DNA of 64,000 nucleotides from an uncultured Gemmatimonadaceae bacterium (GTDB lineage Bacteria > Gemmatimonadota > Gemmatimonadetes > Gemmatimonadales > GWC2-71-9). The stretch is from NCBI GenBank assembly GCA_964348295.1, contig CAYGBV010000061.1:23694-87693 (forward strand), written 5' to 3'. This document shows positions 20,924 to 30,216 of this stretch, piece by piece. The translations under genes were made by a program, and so were the position numbers. The number at the start of each line of letters is the position of its first letter. The first letter of the stretch is position 1. A model generated the notes under the pieces. That model was not told the DNA's origin. It searched no databases and saw only the letters and a program-made list of their open reading frames with translations.

Positions 20924-21217
20924 TCAGCGGGCGAGCCACACGCCGAGCGCCGCGACGAGCAGCGTTCCCGCGGCGTAGGCCACCAGGCTCGGGCGGCGCC
21001 TCCCGGCAAGCAACGCGATCTGGGCCAAGACGACGAATGGCCCGAGGAGCAACGCCACCGCGCCCACTGCGGCGATCGTGCGTCCGGTCGCGCCACCCAC
21101 GATGAGCCCCAGCACGACCCCCGACACGGCGAGCACCTGGCATACCACCAGCGGCCACGAGACCGCGCGGCTCAGACCGGGGTGGTCCCCCCACCCGTCA
21201 GAGTGCAGCGAGTCCAC
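20924..21217 (-). CDS. small hydrophobic membrane protein (hypothetical)
   Basis: Up to 97 aa, 2-3 predicted TM helices (VVCQVLAVSGVVLGLIVGG..., VALLLGPFVVLAQIALLAG...). It exactly fills the gap between the TauE-like gene and tyrA. Start uncertain. Confidence 0.35.
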   Translation of the reverse strand: MDSLHSDGWGDHPGLSRAVSWPLVVCQVLAVSGVVLGLIVGGATGRTIAAVGAVALLLGPFVVLAQIALLAGRRRPSLVAYAAGTLLVAALGVWLAR

Positions 21218-21959
21218 GGCTTGCCATTCGGAAGGCCACGTACACGAGCAGTAGCGCGAAGACTGCCTTGAGCACGCGCTGGTTCAACTTCTCGCCGATC
21301 AGCGCCGCGAGACCGGCCCCCGCGAGCGTGCCGAGCATCGCCACGCCAGCCACCGTGATTGCCACATCACCCCGCGCGAGATAGACCAGCGCTGCCCCGG
21401 CCGCCGTCACGCCGATCATGTACACGCTGGTCGCAACAGCGCGATCGAAGGCGATTCCCAGCAGCAGGTGCAGGATGGGAACGTTCAGCACGCCGCCGCC
21501 GACCCCGAGGAGCCCCGCGATCACGCCTGTTCCCACCGACGCCCCGGCGGCGAGGGGACGCCGTTGGCGCGCTACCTCACTCGACGGGGCCCGCTCCCGC
21601 CGGCGCGGCCACATGCGGAGCGCGGTGACGATGAGGAGCAGGGCGAAGGCGAAGTAGAGCGGTGCCGCCGGGACGTATGCCGCTAGCAGCCCGGCCGTCA
21701 CGGCACCGAGCACGGTGAACAACTGGAGTCGCACGCCAACATCGAGCTCGACACGCCCCCGCCTGAGGTAGACGGCCGATCCGGCCACCGAGGTCGCCAC
21801 CACGCAGACGAGGCTCGCCGCCACGGCGCTGTGAAACGGGAGGCCCGCTACCAGGATCAGCCCCGGTACCAGGATGATGCCGCCTCCCACGCCCAGCACG
21901 GCCCCCAAGCCGCCGGCCAGGAGGCCGACGGAGATGAGCTCGACCATGCCTGCGCCCAT
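21198..21959 (-). CDS. TauE/SafE-family anion exporter membrane protein
   Basis: 253 aa, ~8 TM, duplicated Gly-rich halves (GVGGGIILVPGLILV / GVGGGVLNVPILHLLLG). Confidence 0.8.
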   Translation of the reverse strand: MGAGMVELISVGLLAGGLGAVLGVGGGIILVPGLILVAGLPFHSAVAASLVCVVATSVAGSAVYLRRGRVELDVGVRLQLFTVLGAVTAGLLAAYVPAAPLYFAFALLLIVTALRMWPRRRERAPSSEVARQRRPLAAGASVGTGVIAGLLGVGGGVLNVPILHLLLGIAFDRAVATSVYMIGVTAAGAALVYLARGDVAITVAGVAMLGTLAGAGLAALIGEKLNQRVLKAVFALLLVYVAFRMASRGLAAL

Positions 21960-22009
21960 AACGAGCGCAAACTTAACGGCGGGCTGTGGGGAGGTCTACG
22001 GCGCGGCGG

Positions 22010-22537
22010 CTACCACAGCGCCACCCGGGGCCACCGCCTGACGAGGTAGTAGTCCACTCCGAAGGCACGCCCCGCGGCGCCGAGCAGCACCACCAGCGCG
22101 ATGAAGAAGAAGGCCGCGTCGTTGCTCGAGCCCATCCAGAACCACCGTCCCTTGAGGAGCATGAAGTTCAGCATCATGAACGCGGTCGTACCCGCCGCGA
22201 GCCGGGTCACCGTCCCGGTGATCAGCGCAACGCCCCCCAACACCTCTCCCAACACCACCAGCACCGCGAACAAGCCTGCATTGGGCAGGACCACGCCCTC
22301 GAGGAACACCTGATAGAACCCGTGCGTCGCCCCATTGGAGACGTTGCGCTCGACCATTCCGACCAGCCTGGGAGCGAATCCACCCTCTGCCCAGAGCTTG
22401 CCCCACGCCGCAACCAGCAGGATCACGCCGAGGTAGACGCGTAGGATCACGAGCAGGGCGCGCTGCACGACCTGCGAAAGGCTGTCGGCTACGAAGCTCA
22501 CGGACTCCTCCTCACGGTTTGTGCGGGGCTGGTGCAT
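22010..22537 (-). CDS. DoxX-family membrane protein
   Basis: 175 aa, 4 TM, DoxX-like pattern (LRVYLGVILLVAAWGKL ... VLGEVLGGVALITG). Confidence 0.7.
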   Translation of the reverse strand: MHQPRTNREEESVSFVADSLSQVVQRALLVILRVYLGVILLVAAWGKLWAEGGFAPRLVGMVERNVSNGATHGFYQVFLEGVVLPNAGLFAVLVVLGEVLGGVALITGTVTRLAAGTTAFMMLNFMLLKGRWFWMGSSNDAAFFFIALVVLLGAAGRAFGVDYYLVRRWPRVALW

Positions 22538-22628
22538 CGGATTTCGAGAAGCGGCCGGCCTGGAGCGGCGCCGGGTACACGAGAGAGACGCCGTAATAGG
22601 CGCGGGGGTTCCAGCCCGGTGCTGCGGC

Positions 22629-23393
22629 CTAGGTCTCCTGCTCGGTAGGTCGTACCAGAAGCTCGTTCACGTTCACGTGCTCGGGCTGGCTTACGGCGAA
22701 GAGAATGGCGCGCGCCACATCGGCGGGGCTGAGCTTCACCTTGTCGGCCCAGTTACGGTCGAACGCCACGCGGGTCTCCTCGTCGCTGACGTGGTCTCGC
22801 AGCTCCGTGTCTACCACCCCCGGCTCGATGTCTGTAACCCGGATGTTCGCCGTGGACGAGAGCTCATTGCGCAGACCGGCCGAGAGCGCGCGCACCGCGA
22901 ACTTGGTGGCGCTGTACACCGCCCCGCCGGGGAAGGGGCGGCGGCCTGCCAACGAGCCCACGTTCACGATGTGCCCCGAGCCCTGGTCCAGCATCGCCGG
23001 CAGCACCGCAGCAGTGCAGTAGAGTAGGCCTCTCACGTTCACGTCGAGCATTCGATCCCACTCGTCGGTGGCCAGCTTGGTGACGGGCGCGAGGAGCATA
23101 ACGCCGGCGTTGTTGACCAAGATGTCGATCCGCCCGAACCAGTCCCGGGCAGTACCGACCATCACGTCCACGGCGTTGCGATCGGTCACGTCGGTGGGAA
23201 TGGGCAGCGCGCGACCACCAGCGTTTTCGATCCCGCGCTGCAGCACGTCGAGGCGATCGACGCGGCGTCCGGCGAGCACGACAGAAATGTCTTCGGCGGC
23301 GAGGAGACGTGCCGTGGCCTCGCCGATCCCGCTCGAGGCCCCGGTTACGATGGCTACCTTGTCGGCTAGCCCCCCGCCTGCCGCCTGGGCCAT
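22629..23393 (-). CDS. short-chain dehydrogenase/reductase (SDR)
   Basis: TGASSGIGEA cofactor motif, NNAG, and catalytic YSATKFAV (YxxxK). Confidence 0.9.
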   Translation of the reverse strand: MAQAAGGGLADKVAIVTGASSGIGEATARLLAAEDISVVLAGRRVDRLDVLQRGIENAGGRALPIPTDVTDRNAVDVMVGTARDWFGRIDILVNNAGVMLLAPVTKLATDEWDRMLDVNVRGLLYCTAAVLPAMLDQGSGHIVNVGSLAGRRPFPGGAVYSATKFAVRALSAGLRNELSSTANIRVTDIEPGVVDTELRDHVSDEETRVAFDRNWADKVKLSPADVARAILFAVSQPEHVNVNELLVRPTEQET

Positions 23394-23397
23394 GGGG

Positions 23398-24342
23398 TCA
23401 GGCGCTGTCGGCCTTCAGCAGGGAGAGCTCTACGTCCGACTCGGCGCGCCTGGGGGCGGCGGAAACCCTGCGCAGCGCCGCCACGACCTCCCGGGCAAAA
23501 GTCCTGCCGGAGCCCTTCTCGATCTCGTCGATGGCATTCCAAGGGGCGAAGGCCGGGCGCAGCGGCGTGGGCATTTGCAGCGTCTCGAAGCTATCGGCCA
23601 CGGCCAGGATCTTCGTGCCGATGGAGAACGCCAGGTGGTCGACGGGCCAGTCGTCGCCCACCACGTCGTAGTACCGCTCGTACTCCTGCAGGATGTCGAG
23701 GGCTCCGCGCATCGCGCCGGCCAGCGGCAGCTCGCGGAACGCTCCGGGGAACTCCGACAGCAGGCGGAGCAGGCGCGGATCGCGCGGCCCCACCTCGTGC
23801 AGCAGCCCTGAGATGCGCAGGTTCTCGAGGTCCTGCTCCCGCAGTCCGAGCTCCTTGCCGAGCAGCGTGGCGAGCTTGGCCACCCGATGGCTGTGCCCGC
23901 GATGCGACTTCTCGCTCGACTCGAGATGGAACGTGAGCAGTTCCAGCACGGCCATGTAGGCCGCCTTGAGATCGTTCAACCGCTGCTGCCGCTGATCCGC
24001 GAGCCCGCCCACCACATATCCCGTGAGGATCAGGAAGCCGCCCCACGGGACGAGCGTGAGCAAGATCTCGGGTTGCAGCCCCGCCGACCCCTCCAGGCCC
24101 TGCACCGCCTGGAAGAAGAGGACGAGCACCACGATGAGCACCGCTGCCGAGACGGCCGCGTTCCGGCCCACCAGGAATCCGGCCGCGATGATGGGCAGGT
24201 AGTAGAAGCTGAGGAACGCGACCTTGTAGTCGACGAACCAGTGGATGAGGAGGAGCGAGAGCACCAGGCCCACTACGAGCACCTGCTCGAAGTGGACATA
24301 GATGAACATCTTCACCGTGTCGAGAGCGGTACGCTGCGACAT
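23398..24342 (-). CDS. membrane protein with degenerate HD(-GYP)-like domain
   Basis: N-terminal ~5 TM, then HSHRVAKLATLLGKELGL...GLLHEVG (HE where HD is expected) and ILAVADSFETL. No HHE or GYP block. ATG at 24342 is preceded by GGGAGG. Confidence 0.7.
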   Translation of the reverse strand: MSQRTALDTVKMFIYVHFEQVLVVGLVLSLLLIHWFVDYKVAFLSFYYLPIIAAGFLVGRNAAVSAAVLIVVLVLFFQAVQGLEGSAGLQPEILLTLVPWGGFLILTGYVVGGLADQRQQRLNDLKAAYMAVLELLTFHLESSEKSHRGHSHRVAKLATLLGKELGLREQDLENLRISGLLHEVGPRDPRLLRLLSEFPGAFRELPLAGAMRGALDILQEYERYYDVVGDDWPVDHLAFSIGTKILAVADSFETLQMPTPLRPAFAPWNAIDEIEKGSGRTFAREVVAALRRVSAAPRRAESDVELSLLKADSA

Positions 24343-24508
24343 GGGCCTCCCTTGGCGAAGCCCTTCCCTGCGAACGGCAGGGTCCGGCGGGCGCCCTCCC
24401 AATGTGCGGCAAACGCGTTGTGGGTCAAGGGATTGGCGTTAGCCACCCGTCACGCGCTGCGGGTCAGGGCACGCAGCGCAACGCGATCGATCGAGTGGGT
24501 TCGGGGTG

Positions 24509-26062
24509 CTAGCGCGCCGCGCCGGAAGCGCCTTCGGCCGGCGGAACCGGCGCCGTGAACACCCGTCCGAAGCGGTCGGTGGCCTCCACCCGGACGCTGC
24601 GAGCCTGGGGGGAGGTCGGGGCGTAGAACAGGTGCGCCGTCGGATACGGCTCGACCCACGGGCGGCGCGGCGGTAGCTCGGGCCCGGTGTGCAGCTGCAC
24701 GCTGAGCGGGTCGCGCCCCACCCGCCGCGCCATGGGGCCCCGGCGCTCACCGTCCTCGTACCAAACCACGGTCCATTGGGGATCCCAGTTCCACACGTTC
24801 GCCACGATCTCCTCGGGTGCGGCGGGATCGGCTCCCGCAGGGTAGGCGCGGATCTGCACCTCGCTCGGGAATCCCGTGGCCTTGTACGTCCACCTGAGCT
24901 CCTCGCCCCGCACCTCGTACACCGAGTAGCCCGAGGGCGTACCGTCGGGGCAGATCGGCCCGCTCCACCACGCGCCGCTCACCGTTCCGCTCACATGCTC
25001 GTGAACACCGTGCTCGAACAGGTGCTCGCTCTCGTGCGTGTGGCCCGAGAGGATGTGTGCCTGGTACGGCTCGAGCAGGCGATACAGAGCCTCGCGGTTG
25101 GCCACCGAGATCCCGATGCGCGGGCTGGGCTGCCCCATCCGGCGGTGGCGGCTTCCCAGCACCGGGATGTGCAGCGCGACCACCACAGGCCGCCCCGGCT
25201 CGACGCGTCGCAGGTCCGCCTCGAGCCAGGCCAGCTGCTCGGCGTCGAGGTATCCCAGGTACCCCGAGCCGTACCAGAACACGTCGTCCAGGACTACGTA
25301 GTGCACCGCGCCGCGATCGAACGAGTAGTACGGGGGTCCGAAGTGCCTTGAGAACGTGGCGGTGGAGGCGCGGTCGGTGGGCACGGGATCGAGATCGTGA
25401 TTCCCCACGACCTGGAAGAAGGGTATGCCCATCCGCGACACCACCCCCTCGTACTGCGGGAACAGCTCTGGGTGATCGTACATGATGTCCCCGCATGCCA
25501 CACCGAAGGCCTCCACGTCTCCCAACCCGGCCAGCGTTTGGCGTACATCGGGCACGGTCTGCTCGAGGCACCACGCGACCTCCTCCATGTTCTCCATCTG
25601 GATGTCGGCCAGGAGCAGCAGTGCGTGGTGCTCGTCGGACTGCGGCAGGGGTACCAGGTCGAACACCACCTCCATCTCCCCATGACGGTCCGGCGCCAGG
25701 GGTTGGTAGAACCGGGCCGTGCCGGGTCGGTTGCGCGGGATCCGGTATCCGGCGGGGAGCGAGATGTGGACGAACTGCCGGCCGGAGGTGGTGACCAGCT
25801 CAAACGTCCCGTCGGAGGCGGTGTCGACCACCGCGAGCCCGTCGGTGACCGCGGTGCCGCCGATTCCGCGGGTGCCCGACTGCACGCGGCCTGTCACTCT
25901 GACTGGCCGGGCCACGGACCGCGTGGCCCCATGCAGCAGCGCCGGGGCGAGCACGGCAGTGGCCGACGCCGACGTCAGCGCCAGGAAGGCGCGACGGTCG
26001 AGGCCGCAGCGGAGTGGCTCGATCGGCACCTTGCCGACCGAGGGTGCGGAGTCGTGTGACAT
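24509..26062 (-). CDS. Tat-exported calcineurin-like metallophosphoesterase
   Basis: Twin-arginine signal (DRRAFLALTSASATAVLAP), GDIMYD, VVGNHD and GHTHESEH metal-binding blocks. There is an N-terminal beta-sandwich-like segment. Confidence 0.85.
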   Translation of the reverse strand: MSHDSAPSVGKVPIEPLRCGLDRRAFLALTSASATAVLAPALLHGATRSVARPVRVTGRVQSGTRGIGGTAVTDGLAVVDTASDGTFELVTTSGRQFVHISLPAGYRIPRNRPGTARFYQPLAPDRHGEMEVVFDLVPLPQSDEHHALLLLADIQMENMEEVAWCLEQTVPDVRQTLAGLGDVEAFGVACGDIMYDHPELFPQYEGVVSRMGIPFFQVVGNHDLDPVPTDRASTATFSRHFGPPYYSFDRGAVHYVVLDDVFWYGSGYLGYLDAEQLAWLEADLRRVEPGRPVVVALHIPVLGSRHRRMGQPSPRIGISVANREALYRLLEPYQAHILSGHTHESEHLFEHGVHEHVSGTVSGAWWSGPICPDGTPSGYSVYEVRGEELRWTYKATGFPSEVQIRAYPAGADPAAPEEIVANVWNWDPQWTVVWYEDGERRGPMARRVGRDPLSVQLHTGPELPPRRPWVEPYPTAHLFYAPTSPQARSVRVEATDRFGRVFTAPVPPAEGASGAAR

Positions 26063-26146
26063 GGGTACCCATAGCGTAGGTGCGGGCGGCTGGCGCGGCA
26101 AGGCGCACGCCTTAGGTTTGGAGCCTCACCTCACAGACGCCGAGCG

Positions 26147-26593
26147 ATGCGACACAACGAAAGCCGCCACCCGCTCCTGCGGGACTACCCCGTGGTCGAA
26201 ACGATCCCCGTGCAGTGGGGGGACATGGACGCCTACGGCCACGTGAACAACACCGTCCTGTTCCGCTACTTCGAGTCGGCCCGGATAGCATATCTCGACC
26301 GGTGTGGCTTCCTGCAGACGTACGATGAGGACCGCATCGGGGCGATTCTGCACTCTACCGATTGCCGGTTTCACCGTGCCCTCATCTATCCGGACACGGT
26401 CCAGGTGGGTGGCCGTGCCGTCTCGGTCGACCGCGATCGGTTCACGATGGCCTATCTCGTGGTATCCCTCGCGCACAATGAGGTCGTGGCCGAGGGATCC
26501 GGTATCGTCGTCTCGTTCGACTACAACACGCGCGAGAAGGCACCCCTGCCGGACACTGTCCGCAAAGGCATTGAGCAGCTGGAGAGGAAGTAG
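26147..26593 (+). CDS. 4HBT/YbgC-type acyl-CoA thioesterase
   Basis: 148 aa hotdog-fold pattern VQWGDMDAYGHVNNTVLFRYFE. Confidence 0.85.
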   Translation: MRHNESRHPLLRDYPVVETIPVQWGDMDAYGHVNNTVLFRYFESARIAYLDRCGFLQTYDEDRIGAILHSTDCRFHRALIYPDTVQVGGRAVSVDRDRFTMAYLVVSLAHNEVVAEGSGIVVSFDYNTREKAPLPDTVRKGIEQLERK

Positions 26594-26605
26594 AGAGAGA
26601 CCCGC

Positions 26606-26941
26606 CTACAGCAACCCGGACTTCGCGGCGCTCCACAGCTTGTAGAGCCGATCGAAGCCGTTCTGGAGGATGTCCACCGATTGAGGGCTGGGCTCCGCAC
26701 GCGCGGCCGTGATCAGCTCGTTACAGATCTTGGGCATCTCCCGGCGCCCCTTGGCGGCCGAGTCGCGCTTCACCTGCTCGAGTATCTCGATGATGCGCTG
26801 TCGCGTGTCGGCGTCGTCGGGCGCCTGCCACAGGAAGGTGGCCGCGTCGCGGCCCTCCAGGATGGCCTGCCCCGTCTGGTCCAGTAGCGGCTCGCTCCTC
26901 CGCTCGCGGCGGGAGGCGTCGGAGTCGTTGGCGTCGGTCAT
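26606..26941 (-). CDS. hypothetical protein (111 aa, helical, charged)
   Basis: Clean ORF 52 nt downstream of the PP2C gene on the same strand. No motif I recognise. Confidence 0.55.
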   Translation of the reverse strand: MTDANDSDASRRERRSEPLLDQTGQAILEGRDAATFLWQAPDDADTRQRIIEILEQVKRDSAAKGRREMPKICNELITAARAEPSPQSVDILQNGFDRLYKLWSAAKSGLL

Positions 26942-26993
26942 GGACGGAAGCTAGTTACCCGCACGGCGCCGGGACAGTGCAGCAGATCACGCT

Positions 26994-27881
26994 TCAATCC
27001 CTGTCTTTGCGCAGCACCCGACCCACCACGATCGTGATGTTGTCGCTGCCACCGCCCTCGAGCGCGTCACGCAGCAGATCCTTGCACACTTGCTTGGCCG
27101 ACTTCATGGTCCTGAGCCGCTCGCCGATCCGCTCGTCCGACACGTGTTTCGTGAGCCCGTCACTGCACAACAAACCGACGTGGTGCCACGCCTGGTCGAC
27201 GCGGCGTACTACCGGCGCGCTCTGCACGCCCCCGAGTGCACTCGACAGGACGCTCGCCCACCGCGAGTTGTCGGCATCGCCCTTGGTGAGTACGCCCTGA
27301 TCGACCAGGTCCTGCGCCATCGTCTGATCACGCGTGACCTGGGTCAGCTCACCGTCACGCAGGAGGTAGCACCGGCTGTCACCGACCTGGAGCAGGTATG
27401 CCCGGGGCCACACGCCGATCCACAGGGTGAGCGTGGTCGCCATGCCGTGCCGGCTGGCATCTTCCCCAGCCCTCTCGACCAGGTTCGCGTGGCAGTGCAT
27501 GGCCGCTTCGTGCAGGGCGTCGAGGAACGCCTGCTCGTCACTCGTGTCGGCCGTGTAGTAGCAGTGGATGCTCTGCGTCACGTACTGCGCCACCGCGGCA
27601 ACCGCGAGCCGGCTGGCCTCTTCCCCGCCCCGTCCGCTCCCGACGCCGTCGGCCACCATCGCGAGATATGCCAGCCTCTCGTCCGGCAGTGCCAGCTCAT
27701 CGACGTCGGGGAGGCTCGTGCGGTGGATCTGCATCTGCTTGCGCAGGGAGCTGATCATGAAGTGATCTTGGTTGGTCTTCCGCACCTTCCCACGGTGCGT
27801 CAGCCCGAACGCATCGATCTCCTCATGCAGTGGCCTGCGTTGCAGCGCGCCCAGTGGACTGGCGATGTAGGGTGATGTCAT
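26994..27881 (-). CDS. PP2C-family Ser/Thr protein phosphatase
   Basis: GLTHRGKVRKTNQDHF, VADGVGSGRGGEEAS, CSDGLTKHV and GGSDNITIVV motifs. Confidence 0.9.
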   Translation of the reverse strand: MTSPYIASPLGALQRRPLHEEIDAFGLTHRGKVRKTNQDHFMISSLRKQMQIHRTSLPDVDELALPDERLAYLAMVADGVGSGRGGEEASRLAVAAVAQYVTQSIHCYYTADTSDEQAFLDALHEAAMHCHANLVERAGEDASRHGMATTLTLWIGVWPRAYLLQVGDSRCYLLRDGELTQVTRDQTMAQDLVDQGVLTKGDADNSRWASVLSSALGGVQSAPVVRRVDQAWHHVGLLCSDGLTKHVSDERIGERLRTMKSAKQVCKDLLRDALEGGGSDNITIVVGRVLRKDRD

Positions 27882-28017
27882 GGCCGTCTGCCTCTTGTGG
27901 CACCCGGTGGCGACGAGGTCCCGCAGGGCAGCGGGCGCGCCGGCAGCAGATCTCCAACACCATAACTCTGGTTGCGGGGCCCTGCAAATCCGGGAACTGG
28001 GCCCTTGCCCGCCCCTC

Positions 28018-29148
28018 CTACCGTCCGAGGATCTCGCGCAGCGCGGCGATCAGGTAGTGGACGTTGCGCTCGCTGCAGCTGAAACCCATCAACCCAATCC
28101 GCCACGCCTTGCCCTTGAGGGGCCCGAAGCCACCCGCGATCTCGATGCCGTATTCGCCCAGCAGACGCTGCCTGACCGCCGCGTCGTCCACGCCTCCCGG
28201 TATCATCACGCAGGTGAGCATGGGCAAGCGGTTCGCCGGATCGCCGAACAGCTCCAACCCGAGACCGGTGAGACCGGCCTTCAGCAGGTCGCCGCACTCT
28301 TGATGCCGCGCGACCCGTTCGTGCAGCCCCTCTTCCTGGATGAGTCGCAGGGCCTCACGCAGTGCGTACACCAGCGGTCCTGGGGCAGTGTGGTGGTACA
28401 CACGATCGGCGAACCAGTACTGGCGGATCAGCAGGAGATCCAGGTACCAGGTGTCGACCGGCCGGCCGCGCGATTCGATCACGCGCGTCGCCCGGTCGTT
28501 GAGCGTGATGCACGAGATGCCGGCGGGCCCGCCGATGCACTTCTGCCCCGCGCTGTAGCAGATGTCTATGAGGTATCTGTCGACCGGAATGTCGGCCCCA
28601 CCCAGCGAGCAGACGGCGTCCACCAGAAACAGCTTGTCCCGCTGGCGAACCAGCCGGCCGATCTGTTCCAGCGGCTGGCCGATGCCCGAGGACGTCTCGC
28701 CGTGCACCACTGCGACCATCTTCGCGTCGGGGTGCGAGTCGAGGGCGGACTCTATCTGATCGGCCGGCACGACCTGGCCGAAGTCGACCTCCACCCGGAT
28801 CGCCTTGCCGCCGTGCCGCTCCACGATCTCCGCCATGCGCTGACCGAAGAAACCGTGGATGCCCACGATCACCTCATCGCCGGGCTCGACGACGTTGCAG
28901 ATGGCCGCTTCCATGCCGGCCATCCCCGTCCCCGGGAGCGTGATGCTCATCTCGTTCTGCGTCTGGAAGAGCTGCCGCAGCAACGCCATCGTGTCATCCA
29001 TGACCACCAGGAAATCCGGATCGAGATACCCCAGGATGGGGCTGCTCATGGCCTGGAAGACCCGCGGATGAAGGTTGCTGGGACCGGGGCCGAGCAACAC
29101 ACGCGGTTGGTGACGCAATTGGTCGAATTTCTGGTCGGTTGCGGTCAC
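28018..29148 (-). CDS. class V aminotransferase (alanine/serine-glyoxylate or serine-pyruvate type)
   Basis: 376 aa; LLGPGPSNLHPRVFQAM N-terminal block; the Lys region SAGQKCIGGPAG is typical of the AGXT family. Confidence 0.88.
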   Translation of the reverse strand: MTATDQKFDQLRHQPRVLLGPGPSNLHPRVFQAMSSPILGYLDPDFLVVMDDTMALLRQLFQTQNEMSITLPGTGMAGMEAAICNVVEPGDEVIVGIHGFFGQRMAEIVERHGGKAIRVEVDFGQVVPADQIESALDSHPDAKMVAVVHGETSSGIGQPLEQIGRLVRQRDKLFLVDAVCSLGGADIPVDRYLIDICYSAGQKCIGGPAGISCITLNDRATRVIESRGRPVDTWYLDLLLIRQYWFADRVYHHTAPGPLVYALREALRLIQEEGLHERVARHQECGDLLKAGLTGLGLELFGDPANRLPMLTCVMIPGGVDDAAVRQRLLGEYGIEIAGGFGPLKGKAWRIGLMGFSCSERNVHYLIAALREILGR

Positions 29149-29274
29149 AGCGGCGGAGATATGACGGGCCTCGCACCTGGTGTCAATCCCGCCGCGCCTG
29201 GGGTCATCGTCCCCGAGCGCGCGCGGAACCCAAGGTCGGTTTGGGCTGTGCGGGCCCGTGCCGTGCCACCATGT

Positions 29275-29340
29275 GTTCGTCCAACCGAGAGCGCTGCAGG
29301 GTTCAACCGACTGTCACCGGTAAGACGCCCGGCGGCGGGG
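29275..29340. repeat. ~65-nt conserved intergenic motif, copy 1
   Basis: GTTCGTCCAACCGAGAGCGCTGCAGGGTTCAACCGACTGTCACCGGTAAGACGCCCGGCGG... matches 33311..33377 at roughly 85% by eye. Confidence 0.7.
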
Positions 29341-29552
29341 CGGGGGCAAGAAGCCCCGAATGCCGCTCGGACGCTAGGGGCCACTACCCCTACCACATCG
29401 GTGAACGTACTCATATCAACGCCAGGCACTCGTATCAACAGGCTTCCTTATTCTACGTTTCGCGCTCGACGAGTCCATTTGCGGGTTAGGCGGCCGCGTA
29501 AGGCAATAAAGACTTTCATCGCCAGCGATCCTGCAGTTCAATCGGTCGTTTC

Positions 29553-29762
29553 GAAGCTTCAGGACGCGGTCTTGAAGCTTTAGTTGATCGTTTTGAAGGT
29601 TGGAATCGGCGTTCTGAAGGTTGGAAAGGGCGATTCGAAGCTTCAATTCGTCGATTTCAAGCTTGGAAACGCCGTCTGGAAGCTTGAGAATGCCGTTTTG
29701 AAGCTGCAAAACGCCCTCGTGAAGCTTCAAAACACTCTACTGAAGCTTCAAAACGCCCTTCT
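29553..29762. repeat. array of ten contiguous 21-bp units (consensus about GAAGCTTCAAAACGCCnTnTT)
   Basis: Unit starts at 29553, 29574, 29595, 29616, 29637, 29658, 29679, 29700, 29721 and 29742, with no indels. AAGCTT is intact in 7 of 10 units. Individual units count 38-48% G+C in a much higher-G+C genome. Confidence 0.9.
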
Positions 29763-29821
29763 TCGGGCGCCTACTGCCGTTCGGTCTGCGTCTCCACCGC
29801 CCCCGCGACGAACATCGCATA

Positions 29822-29970
29822 GGGCACAATCAGCCGTCGGCGGCTGATGCCCGGGTTCCGGAAACGGCAAAGGGCCACGCGACCTAACCGTACGTGGCCC
29901 TTCGTCTTACCCTCAAGTGCCCGGGGTGGGAGTCGAACCCACACGGGGTTTCCCCCCAGGGATTTTAAGT
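29822..29970 (-). repeat. direct repeat, left copy (att-like)
   Basis: Near-identical to 38688..38835 (three substitutions and one 1-nt indel by eye). Covers the integrase 3' end, a terminator hairpin and the tRNA-Leu 3' half up to the anticodon loop. Confidence 0.9.
29918..29970 (-). pseudogene. displaced 3' half of tRNA-Leu(UAA)
   Basis: Matches the tRNA from the anticodon loop (ACTTAAAA) to the discriminator base. The sequence 5' of it (29971..30013) cannot form a D arm or an anticodon stem. Confidence 0.85.
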
Positions 29971-30216
29971 ATGGAGCACCAGTCTGACCACGAGTGACCA
30001 TCCGGGCCTATTCGGCACAATCACAACGACTTACGACCGGAGTCACTTCCCGCCCCATCCCGCTTCTCACGTATAGTTGCGGATGGTTCGGGCACAGTTG
30101 GGGCACAGTCAGCTCGCCCATGGACTGGTGGCGAACGTCAGCGCTGGATGCATCGGCTTGCCGACTTCCCTACCCCTTCGGCCCCATCAACTGTTGGAAC
30201 GGCGGGTAGTCGCACC

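Noticed and set aside
27880-29583. 567-aa plus-strand ORF
   Set aside because: Antisense to the class V aminotransferase, and it runs on through non-coding repeat DNA. No motifs; compositional artefact.
29553-29762. Possible CRISPR array
   Set aside because: The units are contiguous with no spacers, are only 21 bp long, and there are no cas genes. It is a plain tandem repeat, not a CRISPR array.
29416-29847. Two ORFs (minus 104 aa, plus 87 aa) translating the 21-bp array into LKLQN-like heptads
   Set aside because: Both strands are open only because a palindromic unit of 21 nt (7 codons) lacks stops in those frames. There is no SD, the plus-strand ORF runs into the orphan integrase tail, and the minus-strand ORF runs into unrelated sequence. 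I kept this as a stated alternative under the repeat finding rather than calling a CDS.
29918-30013. Possible second complete tRNA gene at the left island end
   Set aside because: Only the 3' half (anticodon loop to acceptor 3' strand) matches tRNA-Leu. The 5' continuation (GCCCGGATGGTCACTCGTGGTCAGACTGGTGCTCCATA on the minus strand) cannot pair to form the anticodon stem or the D arm.
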